A stretch of DNA of 64,000 nt from Camelus dromedarius. Taxonomy: Eukaryota. The position numbers and the translations under genes are program-made. Location of the stretch: assembly GCF_036321535.1 (NCBI RefSeq), contig NC_087437.1, forward strand, positions 88,414,001 through 88,478,000, in the 5' to 3' direction. The notes under the pieces were generated by a model that saw only the letters and a program-made list of their open reading frames with translations, made no database searches and had not been told where the DNA came from. Positions 26,701-40,188 of the stretch are shown here, one piece after another (within the stretch, counting starts at the first letter, position 1; the number at the start of each line of letters is the position of its first letter).

Positions 26701-26920
26701 CCTAGACAGCATTGAGATTGAGTCTCTCAAATCTATAGCTGATTTGAATGAACTGCCACTGAGTTGTGGTTTTGACAAGGTGCAGTCAACCTGTGATAGG
26801 GTTCTGTTTCTGGGATAGGGACTACTAGCTAAGGTTTATTCTTGGGCTTCTTGTTCCTATGGAAGAACTTGAATTTAATCTTCTTCTCCTCAACAGAAAA
26901 CTTTGCTTTGATTTCCAGAG

Positions 26921-27433
26921 GTTATGGGACACAAAATAATGGTTCCCCAAAGATGTCTACATCCTAAACTCCAGAACTTGAGAATATGGTATGTTATGTG
27001 GTAAAGAGGAGTCAAGGTGTCAGATGGAACTAAGGTTGCTAACCAGCTGAGCTGAAGACAAAAGAACCTTGAACTATCCAGGTGGGCCCAACATAATCAT
27101 AAAGGTCCTTAATTGGGGAAGAGGGAAGCAAAAAAGTCAGAACCAGAGTGATAGCATCTTGAGAAAACTCAACCAGCCATTGCTGGGTTTGAAGATGGAA
27201 GGGGCTACAAGCCATGGAATGCAGACAGCCACTAGCAGGTGGAGAAGGCACAAAAATGGATTTTCCCCTAAAGTCTTAAGAAAGGTAAGCAGCCCAGCTG
27301 ACACCTTAATTATGGCTCAGTGAGACCCCACTGCCGACTTTGGGTCTCCAAAACTGTAAGATAATCCATTCATGCCATTTTAAGCCACTAACTTTGTGGT
27401 AGCTTCTTCTAGCAGCAATAGAAAACAAATTCA
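26921..27433 (+). mobile_element. MaLR solo LTR (MLT1D/E-like)
   Basis: aataatggttccccaaagatgtctacatcctaa...cagatggaactaaggttgctaaccagctga...ttttaagccactaactttgtggtag...gcagcaatagaaaacaaat. Confidence 0.85.
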
Positions 27434-28851
27434 GAAGTTTTTGATTTACTTCTTTAGCTTCCTATTCATAAGGCTTCAGAATTTAGAAAGTGCATTGATG
27501 AGTATGAGGCCCCTGATGTCTCAACTTCAATTCCTGCTTTGCAAGACTACTTACGCTTTTGCATGTTTCTCTCTCTTTGGGGGAAGTGCTATGCCTCTTA
27601 ATAGCCCACATTTTCAGTCTCTTGGTTGCCCCCAGAATTAGAAGATAGCCTACAGAAAACAATACAAAAAGTCATTTCATTTCTAGAATCAGCCCTACTA
27701 GTTCTCATCATCTCATCCTTTCTCCAGTACTCATAAGTATACGGTAGTTGTATCGTACTGGCTTCAGAGTTCCTTTCAGCTGAGCTGGTGTCTGCTGCAT
27801 TCTACCTCACTTACTCTCTGGAGGCAGAAGCCCCTTTCTGAGCCTTTTGTCTCAGATCTTGTTTCATCTTAAATGTATTTGCTTATATTAAATCTTTGAA
27901 GATAATTCTATTAATTCTGATGGTTTCATCAGGGATATTTATTGTATTTTCACAGCACTTCTAATGCTGATCTTCTCTTTGTTTTCAATTCTAGAAAAAT
28001 TCTCCAAGTTTTATCTCCACAACACTATTGTGATTTTATTCAATAACATATTTGCTCTTTATTCTTTCAAGTGCAAAATTTAAATATTCTATTACATTTT
28101 TTTCAATAAAAGTATGAAATTCAGATTAAGCTACAGAGCATGAGTGCAAAGCTAGGAATTAGAGGATTGCTGGATTATGGACATGTCTAGAATCATTTTC
28201 AAGTAGAGGTATAAATTGGATTGGATATAAAATATCTATATATATATTTCTTATCTATCCTCACTTTTTTTATTTCCAAAGCCCCATTTCTACTTTGTTT
28301 GATAAAATTCTTCTAAGCATTTAGCACTTTTTAGCATCAGTTTCTTAAATAGGAATTATCATAAAGCTATAAACTCAGATTTTAAATCTTAACATCAGTT
28401 TTCTTAACAAGTGATTCTTAAAACGCTTAAACAAGCAAAGAATTCTCAATTGTCAGATCCAGGCAAATATAATACCCCACACCATCATGCTCTGTAATTG
28501 CCTTTCCCAAAATTTATTTAGAATTTTAGGTAGGGAGGACCCTGTCCCAGAAGGCATTTCAGTAAGCATAAGCACATAAGCACTCTGACAAAGTTCTGGG
28601 AGTGCCAGTAACATCCTTTTACGGTATCATAAGGTACAGTCTTAGGCAAGTTTTTAGCTGTTTAGTGCACATTAAATAAGACTTAACTTATGAGAGTAAA
28701 TTTGCTTTGAGGGGCAACACTCAGGCATTAATTGAAAATGATTAAAGGAATTACATGATAAAATAATCCTGACTAGGAAAGAAGCTAAAATTTCCATCAT
28801 AAATCTTCTAATTTAGCTACAGCAGCTTTTAAATCAACCCCAGCAACTGCC

Positions 28852-28877
28852 TTTTTTTTTTTTTTTTTTTTTTTTTT
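28852..28877. repeat. Poly-T tract (~26 nt)
   Basis: Direct reading. Confidence 0.9.
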
Positions 28878-29812
28878 GTGGTTGACAATCCTACTATACA
28901 AGCTTTTGGTGTTTGCTTTTATAAGCTTTTAGAGTGATTTAATAAACTTTAATTATTCCTCACAACAGGAGATCAGTGTTACCACCAATCTGTAGCAGGC
29001 TTAAGTGTTCCATGCAACGTTATATGAGCTGGGAGAGAGGATTATGCATTCTCTCATTTAAGGTGAGCACAGCACAAGTGATTTAATTATCGTGACCATC
29101 ACTTGATAGTGTTGCACTGCTCATAGTATCTTTTTCTTTGTTGTCTCCAGATTGTAAAATTTCTTTCTGTCATTCAATTAGCTGATCTAGTTTGCAAATA
29201 TGCATGTCATTCTTACGGCACTGAAATATTAAGAAAAATATCGTTGTCATCTGGCTCCACCATGGATTTTATATTAGAGAAGATAAAAGCTCACCAGAAG
29301 CCAGCTGAGAAGAGCTGCCTTTTCCCACTTTGAGGAGGAGTGCCAGATGGCCTCTGTAAGACTCTCTGCCCAATGGAGATCAAACAAGGATTTTTCTTCC
29401 CTAACAAAGGATACTTTTGGTTCTGGAGTCTTCCACTGAAATCTGTCTTTAGCTAGTAGTGCTTCTTGTTTAATCAGCCACTTCAATGGTGGCCGGTATC
29501 ATAAAGTTACCAACCACAATAAAACTTTGTCTAAATATTATAGCATTAAAGCTCTTGGATTACAAAGTTTTTAAAAAGTTATATGTATATATTTGTGTAG
29601 TGTTCCATTCTTGTCATAAAATAGCATACTGTAATAAAACAAGAATTTATAAACTCTTACCTTATGTAAAAACATGATCATTTCTTGAGACTTCATCAAA
29701 AACATTTCTTATTTTACTTGTGAGGTTTATAGTAATTTTTCAAAACTTCTTTTCTTACTTATCCTCTACTGGAGAATGATTTTTAACCTCTCAACTATAT
29801 TAAGATTTTATG

Positions 29813-29919
29813 GTGCTCACTTCGGCAGCACATATACTAAAATTGGAACAATAAAGAGAAGATTAGCATGGCCCCTGCACAAGAATGACACGCAAATTCG
29901 TGAAGCATTCCATACTTTT
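29813..29919 (+). pseudogene. RNU6: Full-length U6 snRNA retropseudogene (5' part of a U6/L1 chimera)
   Basis: gtgctcacttcggcagcacatatactaaaattggaac...gcatggcccctgc...gacacgcaaattcgtgaagcattccatactttt aligns end to end with mammalian U6, with 7 substitutions (4 at CpG). ACAGAGA box mutated to AAAGAGA; no evident PSE/TATA promoter upstream. Confidence 0.97.
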
Positions 29920-31106
29920 GACATTATCTGACATACATCTCAAAAATGTTCTCCTAGAACAGTCTACTCAAGCAATAGAAATAAAAGCAAGAATAAACAA
30001 ATGGGACCTAATGAAACTTACAAGCTTCTGCACAGCAAAGGAAACCATAAGTAAAACAAAAAGACAACTTACGGAATGGGAGAACATTTTTGCATATGAA
30101 ACCAACAAAGGCTTGATCTCCAGAATATATAAGCAGCTCATATGACTTAATAAGAAAAAAAACAAACAACCCAATCCAAAAATGGGCAGAAGACCGAAAC
30201 AAGCAATTTCCAAGGAAGACATACAAATGATCAATAGGCACATGAAAAAATGCTCAATATCAATAATTATCAGAGAAATGCAAATCAAAACTACAATGAG
30301 GTATCACCTCACACCAGTCAGAATGGTCATCATTCAAAAATCCACAAATGACAAATGCTAGAAAGGCTGTGGAGAAAAGGGAACCCTCTTACACTGCTGG
30401 TGGGAGTGTAGTTTGGTACAACCACTGTGGAAAACAGTATGGAGATTCCTCAAAAGACTAGGAATAGACTTACCATATGACCCAGGAATCCTGCTCCTGG
30501 ACATATATCCAGAAGGAACCCTACTTCAGGATGACACCTGCACCCCAGTGTTCATAGCAGCAGTATTTACAATAGCCAAGACACGGAAACAGCCTAAATG
30601 TCCATCAACAGATGACTGGATAAAGAAGAAGTGGTATATTTATACAATGGAATACTATTCAGCCATAAAAACTGATAACATAACGCCATTTGCAGCAACA
30701 TGGATGCTCCTGGAGAATGTCATTCTAAGTGAAGTAAGCCAGAAAGTGAAAGAAAAATACCATATGAGATCACTCATATGTGGAATCTAAAACAAACAAA
30801 CAAACAAACAAACAAAACATAAATACAAAACAGAAACAGACTCATAGACATAGAATACAAACTTGTGGTTGCCAAGGGGGCAGGGGGTGGGAAGGGATAG
30901 ACTGGGATTTCAAAATGTAGAATAGATAAACAAGATTATACTGTATAGCACAGGGAAATATATACAAGATCTTATGGTAGCTCACAGAGAAAAAAAATGT
31001 GACAATGAATATATATATGTTCATGTATAACTGAAAAATTGTGCTCTACACTGGAATTTGACACAACATTGTAAAATGATTATAAATCAATAAAAAATGT
31101 TAAGAA
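29920..31106 (+). mobile_element. 5'-truncated lineage-specific L1 (ORF2 C-terminus + 3' UTR + A-rich tail), fused to U6
   Basis: Translates to L1 ORF2p C-terminus ([60 protein letters not shown]) with in-frame stops at 30143 and 30359; AATAAA near 31089; TSD AAGATTTTAT at 29802-29811 and 31107-31116. Confidence 0.95.
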
Positions 31107-31639
31107 AAGATTTTATATCACATTTTATTTCTTCAAATTATTTTGATCCATCCTGTTATCTACATATCTTACTTCAGCCTTGTAGACCTGTTTGAACTCC
31201 AAAATGAAAATGAAAATCTAGAGAATTGAAGTTCCTTCAATAGAGGAAGAAATGGTGGGCAGATTTTAGTCCTAATTGTCTCTTCATCTCCAGTAGGGAT
31301 CTACCTCACAGAATTGTAGTGAAGATCCTATTGGGATACACTTTAGAAATCATTTAATACCAAGTACACAATAAGTGAAGATAAAACTTATTATTCTTGT
31401 GCCTGGTATATAATAAAGGTTTACAAATTATTGTTATATAGTTGTTGGTGGTAGTATTTTTCTTGTGTACAACTTGTGGAAATGTGTTCTCCATTTCCCT
31501 AGATAGCATCCTTCCCAATCCTTCCCAGAATCCTCCTTGTTTTTAATGCAAATTTATCACAGGATAGCTCATTCACTACATGATAGAATCTTGGAATGGA
31601 ATCAATTTACATCCTCAAACTCAAACTAAAACACATGTT

Positions 31640-31720
31640 AGGTCAGTAAACTTCTCAGTGCCTCTATTTCCTCTTTGTAAAATAGGAATTAAAAATAGTT
31701 GTCTTCTTACAAGATACTGT
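31640..31720 (+). mobile_element. MIR core fragment
   Basis: aacttctcagtgcctctatttcctctttgtaaaataggaattaaaaatagt. Confidence 0.6.
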
Positions 31721-34700
31721 GCCAGAAAACTGCTTTGTTTTTACATTTATTCTTTCATGTGAATTCAATAAATATTTTCTGAATAATTTGCCAGATTATG
31801 GGCTGGGCAATGCGAATAACAAGAAGGAATAGACTCAGTGTTTATCTTCATATGGGCAACAGGTATGAAGGCAACCTGGGAGGTATTCTGCTAATGTGAA
31901 GCAAAGTAGTGTTGTAGTAAGAAGAGTAATTTAGTGGTTATAACCCCAGATATCTTGAATATGGTGGTTAATTTTAAATTTTAATTTAAAAACAGTTTAA
32001 TAATTTATCATGTGGAATTACCTGAATTAATTTTCTATGAATACATATTATTTTAAGTGGAAAGAATATGTGGAGCAGGGTATTACTCTTAAGTGTTTTT
32101 GTATAATTTATGTTTTAATAAAGTAATAATAAAATTCATTTCATAAAATAATTTAAATTTGGTATATATATTTAATTAAACTATGGGTATGAATATTTTA
32201 AATTTCTAATAACACATTGACTAATTTGTATTTTTTTCATGAGAAATCATGATCATTTAAAGATACAAGGTTATTTCTAAAATTTAGTGGGGACTCTAAA
32301 CTTGCTTTCAGTCTCCTTAAGAATGAATCATAAACTTAAGTATTTAGAATTTCTAATGCCACATGACTCTTCTATTAAAGAAAAGCCTAGAATATGACTC
32401 TAAGTTATAAAGCCCTGTTGGGTGACTCATATGATGTACATTTTGCTAATCTACGCAATAGGTTTTTTAAAATTTATAAAGTTAACTTAATAGTCCAGAA
32501 ATCTATTTAATCTAGCATATTTAGGGCATAGTTCCTGCATCGTTTGGAATAAATTCAACCATGCGATTACATAGCAGACTAGACAAAATGACTCAAAATA
32601 AAATCATGAATCTTAAAGCCTAATATTTTAACATAGGTGTTAAAATTGTCTTTACATGCAAATAACTGAAAATTGAATTCCTGTCACAAAGCCCTGTTAT
32701 CTGTTTCCACAAATGCACGATCTCCCTTGAAATTGTCACATACACTGCTTCCTATAAGCAATAACTGCTTAGATAATGAACTCATGACTCTCCTGGTTAT
32801 ATACATTTGAACTTTACATAAAGAGAGGAGAACCTATAAGCAGCCTTCATAACAAGATCATGTTTTGGAAAGGCTGTTAGAAAGACAGACTATATGAACA
32901 ATATTTAATAAATAATAATCAAATTTCAACTTTAAGTAATGAATAATAATTTAGTGACTTGATTACCTTTCAAATTTGGGGGTGAGTAATATCGATCTGG
33001 AGCAGTTTATGACTTTAATGTTAATATTTCTACTAAAATGAAACTTGGGTAGATAAATGATTTCTCTCAGATATATTCCTAAAGCATTTTTAGGTATTTG
33101 AAAAGCCACTCTGTCCAAGTTCCTTTTGTGAGTCTCCAACCTCAGATCCCTTCAGTGCAATACAAGCCAAGCTTGTGATGAGAGAAAACCAAGCAATAAT
33201 GACCCAGAGTTTTAAACCTTAGAAAGATACCAAGTGATTTTCCCCTTGAAGATTTCATTCCTACAGACATTTTTTAAAATGCCTGTTTTTAATTGAACCC
33301 CATTTAGTCAGCATTTGTTGAGAATGTACTATATTCTTAGTACTGTGTAGGGTGTTGTGAGTGGGGGAAAATGACATGAAATAAGTCTATTATAAAGGGC
33401 AATAATCACTCCCTCATATGATTATAATTTCCACGCCAGCCTTAGATTTGAGGTAGATAATTTTGAACCATTTTCTCTTTTCACCTTGAACTATTGTACC
33501 CTTTAAAGAGCCCAGTCCTTTCCTCAGCCCTCAATTTGGCTGTCATTACTGGAGCCTCTGTTGTCTTCATATTCCGTAGCCAACCTTTGATTTGGAGACC
33601 TGGATGATTTCATGTACTTTTCTTTGTTCATTCGTTTCTCCTACTCTGTTCAACAGGTATTTCACTTTTTTAAACTAGGCTGGGCTGGAAAGAGAAACAC
33701 CCTGAAATGTGTTATTTCAAAAATATGCAGAAGAAAGCCTATTATCACATCACTTTTGGTGAGTTAGACATTTGGAGAGAGTTTCATAACTATAAAAATT
33801 CCTCACAAAAATATGATGTATCTGTATGCTTTGTGTTTTATGCTTACGCCACTGAAAAGAGAAAATGGAAATGTTATTAAATCACCTTTATTTCTAAATC
33901 AAATGATGACCTTTATTCAAACCACAAAGGAAGAGAATCATCAGAATACTTAGGCTAAACATTTGTTTTAAAAAATAACGACAAGAGTCTTCAAAATTTA
34001 ACCATCGCAGCTCAGTCTAGCAATCGGGATTCTCTTCTGCCATAATTTGAAATTGATCTAAATGGATTTGGATATTCCTAAAATTAAAAGCATATGATGC
34101 AGAGTGGCTGTTCTTCAGAATTGCTATTAACTCTTTGTAGGTGCTCTGTAGGTTCATGAAAATGAAACCGTATCAGCATTTATTAATGTTAAGAACTGTT
34201 TCTCACATCTGTATTACACCCTCTCCAGTCCTGTATTCCCAATAGAAAATGAGTTCTCATAAAGTGAGCAAGTCATGCAAGAAAATTAAGTTGTGACATC
34301 TAAATTATTGATAATTAAGTATTGATAATTGATAATTAAATATAAAATCACTTTTTCATGTGCCTTAGCTATGCTTCATGCTCATCTGAATAATGTGGAA
34401 TTTATGTTTTGTTAATACACTAATATAACAGGGCTGTAAGTTAGAAAATAAAACAGTATGAAGTCAGAAATTTAAAATGCTCAGTAACCATAATCCTCTT
34501 CCCAAGTGGTTTTAAACATTGTTTTCATATGTCATTATGCTATGTGGCCAACACCACTTATCCTTGGTTGCTATGTATGGCACCCTTACAAGGTGAGCTC
34601 TGAAGTTCACAGAGATTAATCCAAGGCAACAGATACATCCAAGTTTTCTTCCTCACCACGTGGCTTCTCCGCATTTAGAAAAGAGTAATCACAATTCCTA

Positions 34701-37419
34701 TACAGAAATTCCCACGTACAAATCTTGGCTCTCCTGTTTCCAATAGGTGTCCTGAGACGTACACCGAGTTTAGTCCTGGCCAGCCCAGCTTTTCCAACGC
34801 TTCTTTAAATCACATAGAAGTGAGTCCCACCAATATCACTGACCTCTTATATCCTCTAAATATTAGATAAATGACTCAAAAAGTATCAGTGACCTCTTGG
34901 CTTTCCCTAAACATTACAGCAGAAAAGCAAAACATCTTTTTGAGTTTCCACATACAGTATAGTTCTAGGTTCTGTGTGGTGTATATATGAGAGCAGCAGC
35001 CCTTATGCCAATTCTCAGCAAACTTAAAGAACGGTAATTCAGAAAAGTGAAGAATAAGTATGAAATAAATAGATAGGGACTTATGGCATTACTAAAAGAA
35101 TTTAAAAGTGTTGGCAAATATTAATTTGGTAAGGTGAGCAATTTTGTTGGATTATTTAAAGAAAAGTTTATATAGGAAGATCCAATTCATAGACAAATAA
35201 AACATTAGAAATAAGACCAAGGATAGATATGGTCTAATCTGACTCTCCTATTTTAAAGACGAGCAAAACAGGACCAGTCATGGAAAGTAATTCATCAGGA
35301 TTACACACAGAGAGCCTGTGACCTTTGAAGATATAATCTTTGCTTTTCCTAGTCTGAATACTTCTTAAAATTACTGCAATGCCAAGGTTAAACAACTCTC
35401 AGACCAGTGCTCCTTAAATTATACACCTTGACTGACAAGTGTGTTTTAAACAGATGAAGAAAAGGAATAAAGAAGAAAAAATGGAAAATGTTGGCAAAAT
35501 CAGAAAGATAAAAATAGGAAAAGTCTCAGATGAGTCTCTAGTATTTACATAAAGGGGAAAAAAAGGACTGGAGTGAAAAATGTGTACAAGGAGAAAGCCC
35601 CATCAACACCCTTGTGAAGGACGAGGTTATGGAGCGTAAGTTCTGTCTCATGGGCAGTGAGAACCTGAAGTTTTTCAAGTTGGGGAGTGAGGTGGAAATG
35701 GGACTTGCAGATGGTAATTTGAACATGATGTTCAGGAAGGTGGAGAAACAAACAAACAAAAAATGAAGATGTGGCGTATAGTTAGTATAGGCTACTGTGT
35801 AATCTGAGCATGAGGCGGTAAAAGCTCTACTAAAGTATGTTAAAGAGAAATCAGCCCATGGCACTGTGCTGGTCGTGTCAAGGAGGAGTGGGACCACATA
35901 TCACCAATGCTGCTGAGCTTTGATTCATGAATTCCTGGAGGAACTAAATTACATTTTTAAAATGTTAAGATCAGAAAAGGGAATTTGGGTATTTTTTTTG
36001 GAGGGGGAAGTGAGGGCAGAGAGGTTCAGTTTAGCTCCAGAAATACTAATCTTGAGAAAACAGAGGTTTATCCCAAAGTAAATATAAACAGAAATATTAA
36101 TAGCACACTTAACTTCTGGAAACTTTTAAAGATAGAAGTTGCCATTTAACCAAGAATTTGTTTGCTGTTGAGAGTTCTGTACTTAGCTTTGGATTCCACA
36201 GAGTAAGTCTCGACTATGAAGAAAACTAGTGTAGCAGATTGCTAATTGTGACTTTTTGGGTTTCTCCTGTTGTCTCAGTGGAGCCCAAGGGCAGAGAGAA
36301 CAGAAGCCAGATATGGACGCAGGATGTTTTACAGTGTTGTGACAGGGATTTTTTGTGACATGCAGCTCATCACCTACCTATCTCAGGGGGATAAATGGGA
36401 AATGACTGATAGAGAAGTTTCCTTTGAAAAAGATTTAAAGTGCTGAAGGCTGCCTCCTCGTCCACCAGAGTCAAAGGTAGAGACTTAAGAAATCACGTAG
36501 AGGGTTGACCTGCCTGCCCTGAAAGTGGGGAATTTGCAGACTGATACCTGACTCACACCTTAAAAATGTCTAAGGGTTAAGACACGTGGAGAGGCTGGGA
36601 CAGTGGACTAAGTGGAGGAGCAACAGTCAGAACAAGGGGGCCAAGGGCACGGATCGCCTGTGGTCCAGCCTGTCGGCTGAGTCAGCTGTGGAGAAGGAGT
36701 GCAGTGCTTTCATTTCTGTTTCTTCACAGGTGCAGTTGTTTCCTCCGCAGTTCCAGCAATGTGAGTCAGTTACAAGTTCAAGAATTTACAAGTGAACAAA
36801 ACTAAGGATCAACTTAAAAAAATTAAACTTGAGGTAGTGATACATACAAATATGTAGTCTTCAGGATATATTTGCTGGGAATTAGGAGAGGGACATAAAA
36901 CTAGAAGATCAGGTGAACCTTAATTAGTGATTAATTTTATTTACCAACCTATTTGTTGAGTAAGGAATGTCCTCATTTACTCATATTAACCACAGCAGAG
37001 CCATTCTTTGGAGTCTGGTGGGTAGCATTTTTAGATTAGTGTTTTCCAGAACAGCAACCCTTTTTCTTTTCTATATTAAATGCATCTTCTTTTTTAATGG
37101 AACAACATATTTATTCCTACATCCGTATCTTTCCAAGTAATCCACCACCTCTTTAATTTCTCTTATGATCTTGCTTTACTCAGATCATGCCTTCAATACA
37201 GGAAAACCCCTTATTCTCTTCTTTATTTGAGTGATTGTGCTTATGTTCTTCTGTTTCCTTTCCAAAACATAAAAGGGAAAAAGGAGAAACACATACTGAT
37301 ATAATCCAGGTTTCTAGGCAAATGTAAATTCTGTTTTAAGTCCTTCAGAGATTATTTCCTGAAAATCCCACTATCAGTTAAAACTTTTAAGAGCAATGTA
37401 AGTTCCGTGATGCAACAAT

Positions 37420-37598
37420 GACCAACTATTAGTACAATATGAAGTTTATAATATCTTTCACATGTATTTCTTAATTTGTATTTCACAACAAATTAAAATA
37501 TGTTGGATGGAGTTGTTGTCTTCATTTCACATGGAAGGAATCCAGGTTTAGAGAAGCTTAGCAAATTACTCAGGATTATACCACATTAAGAGAAGCTC
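37420..37598 (-). mobile_element. MIR remnant, interrupted by an L1 3' end
   Basis: tttcacatgtatttcttaatttg...cattttcacatggaaggaatccaggtttagagaagcttagcaaattactcagg; seems to resume (attcaaaac...tctga) after 37858. Confidence 0.55.
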
Positions 37599-37599
37599 A

Positions 37600-37858
37600 A
37601 TGTACAAACTTGCAATTGGTAGGTGAATAAGTTCTAGAGAGTTAATGCACAGCGCAGTGACTATAGACAACAGTGTTGTATTATAAACTCCAGCATTGCT
37701 AAGAGAATAGAACTTAACTGTTCCTATCACAACAAAAAGAATAACTATGTGATATAATAGAAGTGTTAGCTAATGCTACAGAGGTAGTCATTGCAATATA
37801 TCAGAACATTGCACCTTAATCTTAATGTTACATGTCAATTATTTTTCAGCTAAAAAAA
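37600..37858 (+). mobile_element. L1MA-type 3' UTR end
   Basis: gtacaaacttgca...gaataagttctagagagttaatgcacagc...ttgctaagagaatagaacttaa...atgttacatgtcaattatttttcagctaaaaaaa. Confidence 0.8.
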
Positions 37859-39861
37859 TTCAAAACTTTGTTTTCTGAAACCCTATGCAGGACTCTAGTG
37901 GACTTTGTAACACTTTGTACTGTGTAGTTTGGAATAATTTGAAGTACTGTATCTTCCCAAAGCTTAAGTATATTTACTTTATATCAACATATATTAAAAT
38001 AGAAATAAAACTTTCCTGAAACTATTTCAAATGTTTCTTTGTTGGGGGCTGGTGAGGATAAAGCATCGTAAATTATTTTAAATACTATTCATATATTCAC
38101 AGTTTCTAAAGCTGAAATGTAAATCCTTGCTTTGCTCCCAAAATTAAGATTCAAGAACTGTGAAAATACGAGAATACTCACTGTTGTTAGCACTGGGACC
38201 TGATTTCTGTGACAGTAGTTTGACAATCCCACTTATTCACCAAGAACAGTATTTCAATCAATGGCAAGGGAAGTTTTTTTGTCATTAAATTTTTATTTTT
38301 ACAGAACTATGATTCTGGAAAGCTTAATTATTAATTTTGGAGTTTTTACAGAGTTTTCAAAGATTTAACTGCTACTCCCATGCTCATCCAAAATGTATCT
38401 TCAGTTTTGCTGATAGATGTTCAATGGAAGAGATACAGAGAATAAGAAAAATGTAGTCCCTTGCTGAGGGCATCAAAACATTTCATTCCTTGCCAAGTGA
38501 TGCAGAATATATTTGCATGAATAAATGCCAAAATACTCTACCTTGAAATGACTTTGATTTGGTCCATGTTCTCATTTTTTTCCCATGAAACTTAGATTAG
38601 CAAATAAAATCTTTATTTCTTGAATTACTGACATCTCTGGTACTTGTTTTTTTATTAACTGTATGAACTTTTATCCAGTGACACTTAAATGTTTTGATTC
38701 ACATCTCAATTTGGTTTATTTTAAAATTTACACAACAAAAACACAGTTGGTGGTAACTAAAATATACTTAATTTGTGTTTTTAATACTTTTTCAGTATAT
38801 TCACATGTAAAATAATGGTATTGTGTTTCAAAAAGGCTTAGGGATTACCTTCTTCCTCAATAGGTAAAACAAACAAAAAAAACCTATGTTTTATCTTAAT
38901 TAATGCCTGTTAATTGCTCCTTTATCAGATGATTTAAGTGTACAAAGATACAAATTCAATATTTGTAGGGTGTGGAAGAAATCATTGTCTTTTAAAAATA
39001 AAGTTATTTCTAGTAATTAAATGATTAATTTGTATATGGAAATCATCAAAATGCAAATCAATACTTGAAACTGGCTACAAATATTAAACTATTTCATTAA
39101 TGTATAATCATGGAATGATTCTCATATCTTTAAATATTATTTTCAGTTATAATAAAGAACAAAATTTTAAATAAGAATTATAAGATAAACTTAGTAATTA
39201 TGGAATTTACCAAAATTTGTGAATATAAATCAGTAGACAACATAATGTCTAATCTTGGAAGGTTATTATGACTCCAGATGCCAATATGATGCAATGTCAC
39301 TTAGAACTTTTGCTAAAACTCTGAGGTAACTATTCTGATATTAAGAGAAGAAATTAAGTATTGGCAAAATTGATACAATTCAAATAGAAGGCACCTAGTT
39401 AACAGTTATAAGTTAAAATAAAACAGGTTATTTCTCTTGGAAGAGACATGTATGTTTGAATGTTATATATGTACAAGAACTTAAAAATAGAGTTGTTTCT
39501 CTGGTTTGGTCAAGATCCCAAAAGCATTATTGCTACCAGTTAGTATGTTGGCTTATGTAATCTCATGACAGCGAGGGGAGGGAAGTCTTAGATCTAGACA
39601 TACAGGATCCAGGTGTCCAGAGTGGACTCTGCCTGCTTCCCTCTGCATATCAGCCTCTGTACTTGTTGAATTCAGTGGTGATGGAAGAGTCTCATGGTGA
39701 CCTTTGGACTGTGAGGCTGCCTTTGCTGCTCTGGAGCCAGCTAATGGGCCCAGCCATTGCCTTCGATCTTGAGACCCCTGCCCTTGTCAATCTTAAGGGA
39801 TTTATGGACCCTATAGAGCACGTGTTGGAGGGATACCTCAGTCAGGGTCATCTATCTAGGT

Positions 39862-40188
39862 CACCAGTTGTCATTAAAGTGTAATGTGAGCAATAAATAG
39901 GAACTAATATGCTATTTAAAATTTTCTAGTAGCCACATTAAGACAAACTAAAAGAAACAGGTAGAGTTAATTTAAATAATATTTTTTCTTTCTCCAATAT
40001 GTCCAAAATATTATCATATTAAATTAATCAATATAAAAGATTAATAATGAGATATTTTCCTTTATAATTTCTTACTAAGTGTTCAAAACACAGTATGTAT
40101 TTTACAATTATAGCCCAGGTTAATCTAGCCTCATTTTAGGAGTTCCATAGCCACATGTGGTTAGTGACTAACATCCTGGGCAGTGTGG
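39862..40188. mobile_element. MER33-like hAT-Charlie MITE
   Basis: taaattttctagtagccacatt...gaaacaggtagagttaattt...caatatgtccaaaatattatcat...atagccacatgtggttagtgacta; ~325 bp. Confidence 0.8.

Noticed and set aside
29813..29919. Functional U6 gene
   Set aside because: ACAGAGA box mutated, CpG decay, no evident upstream PSE/TATA, and fused to L1 within a TSD.
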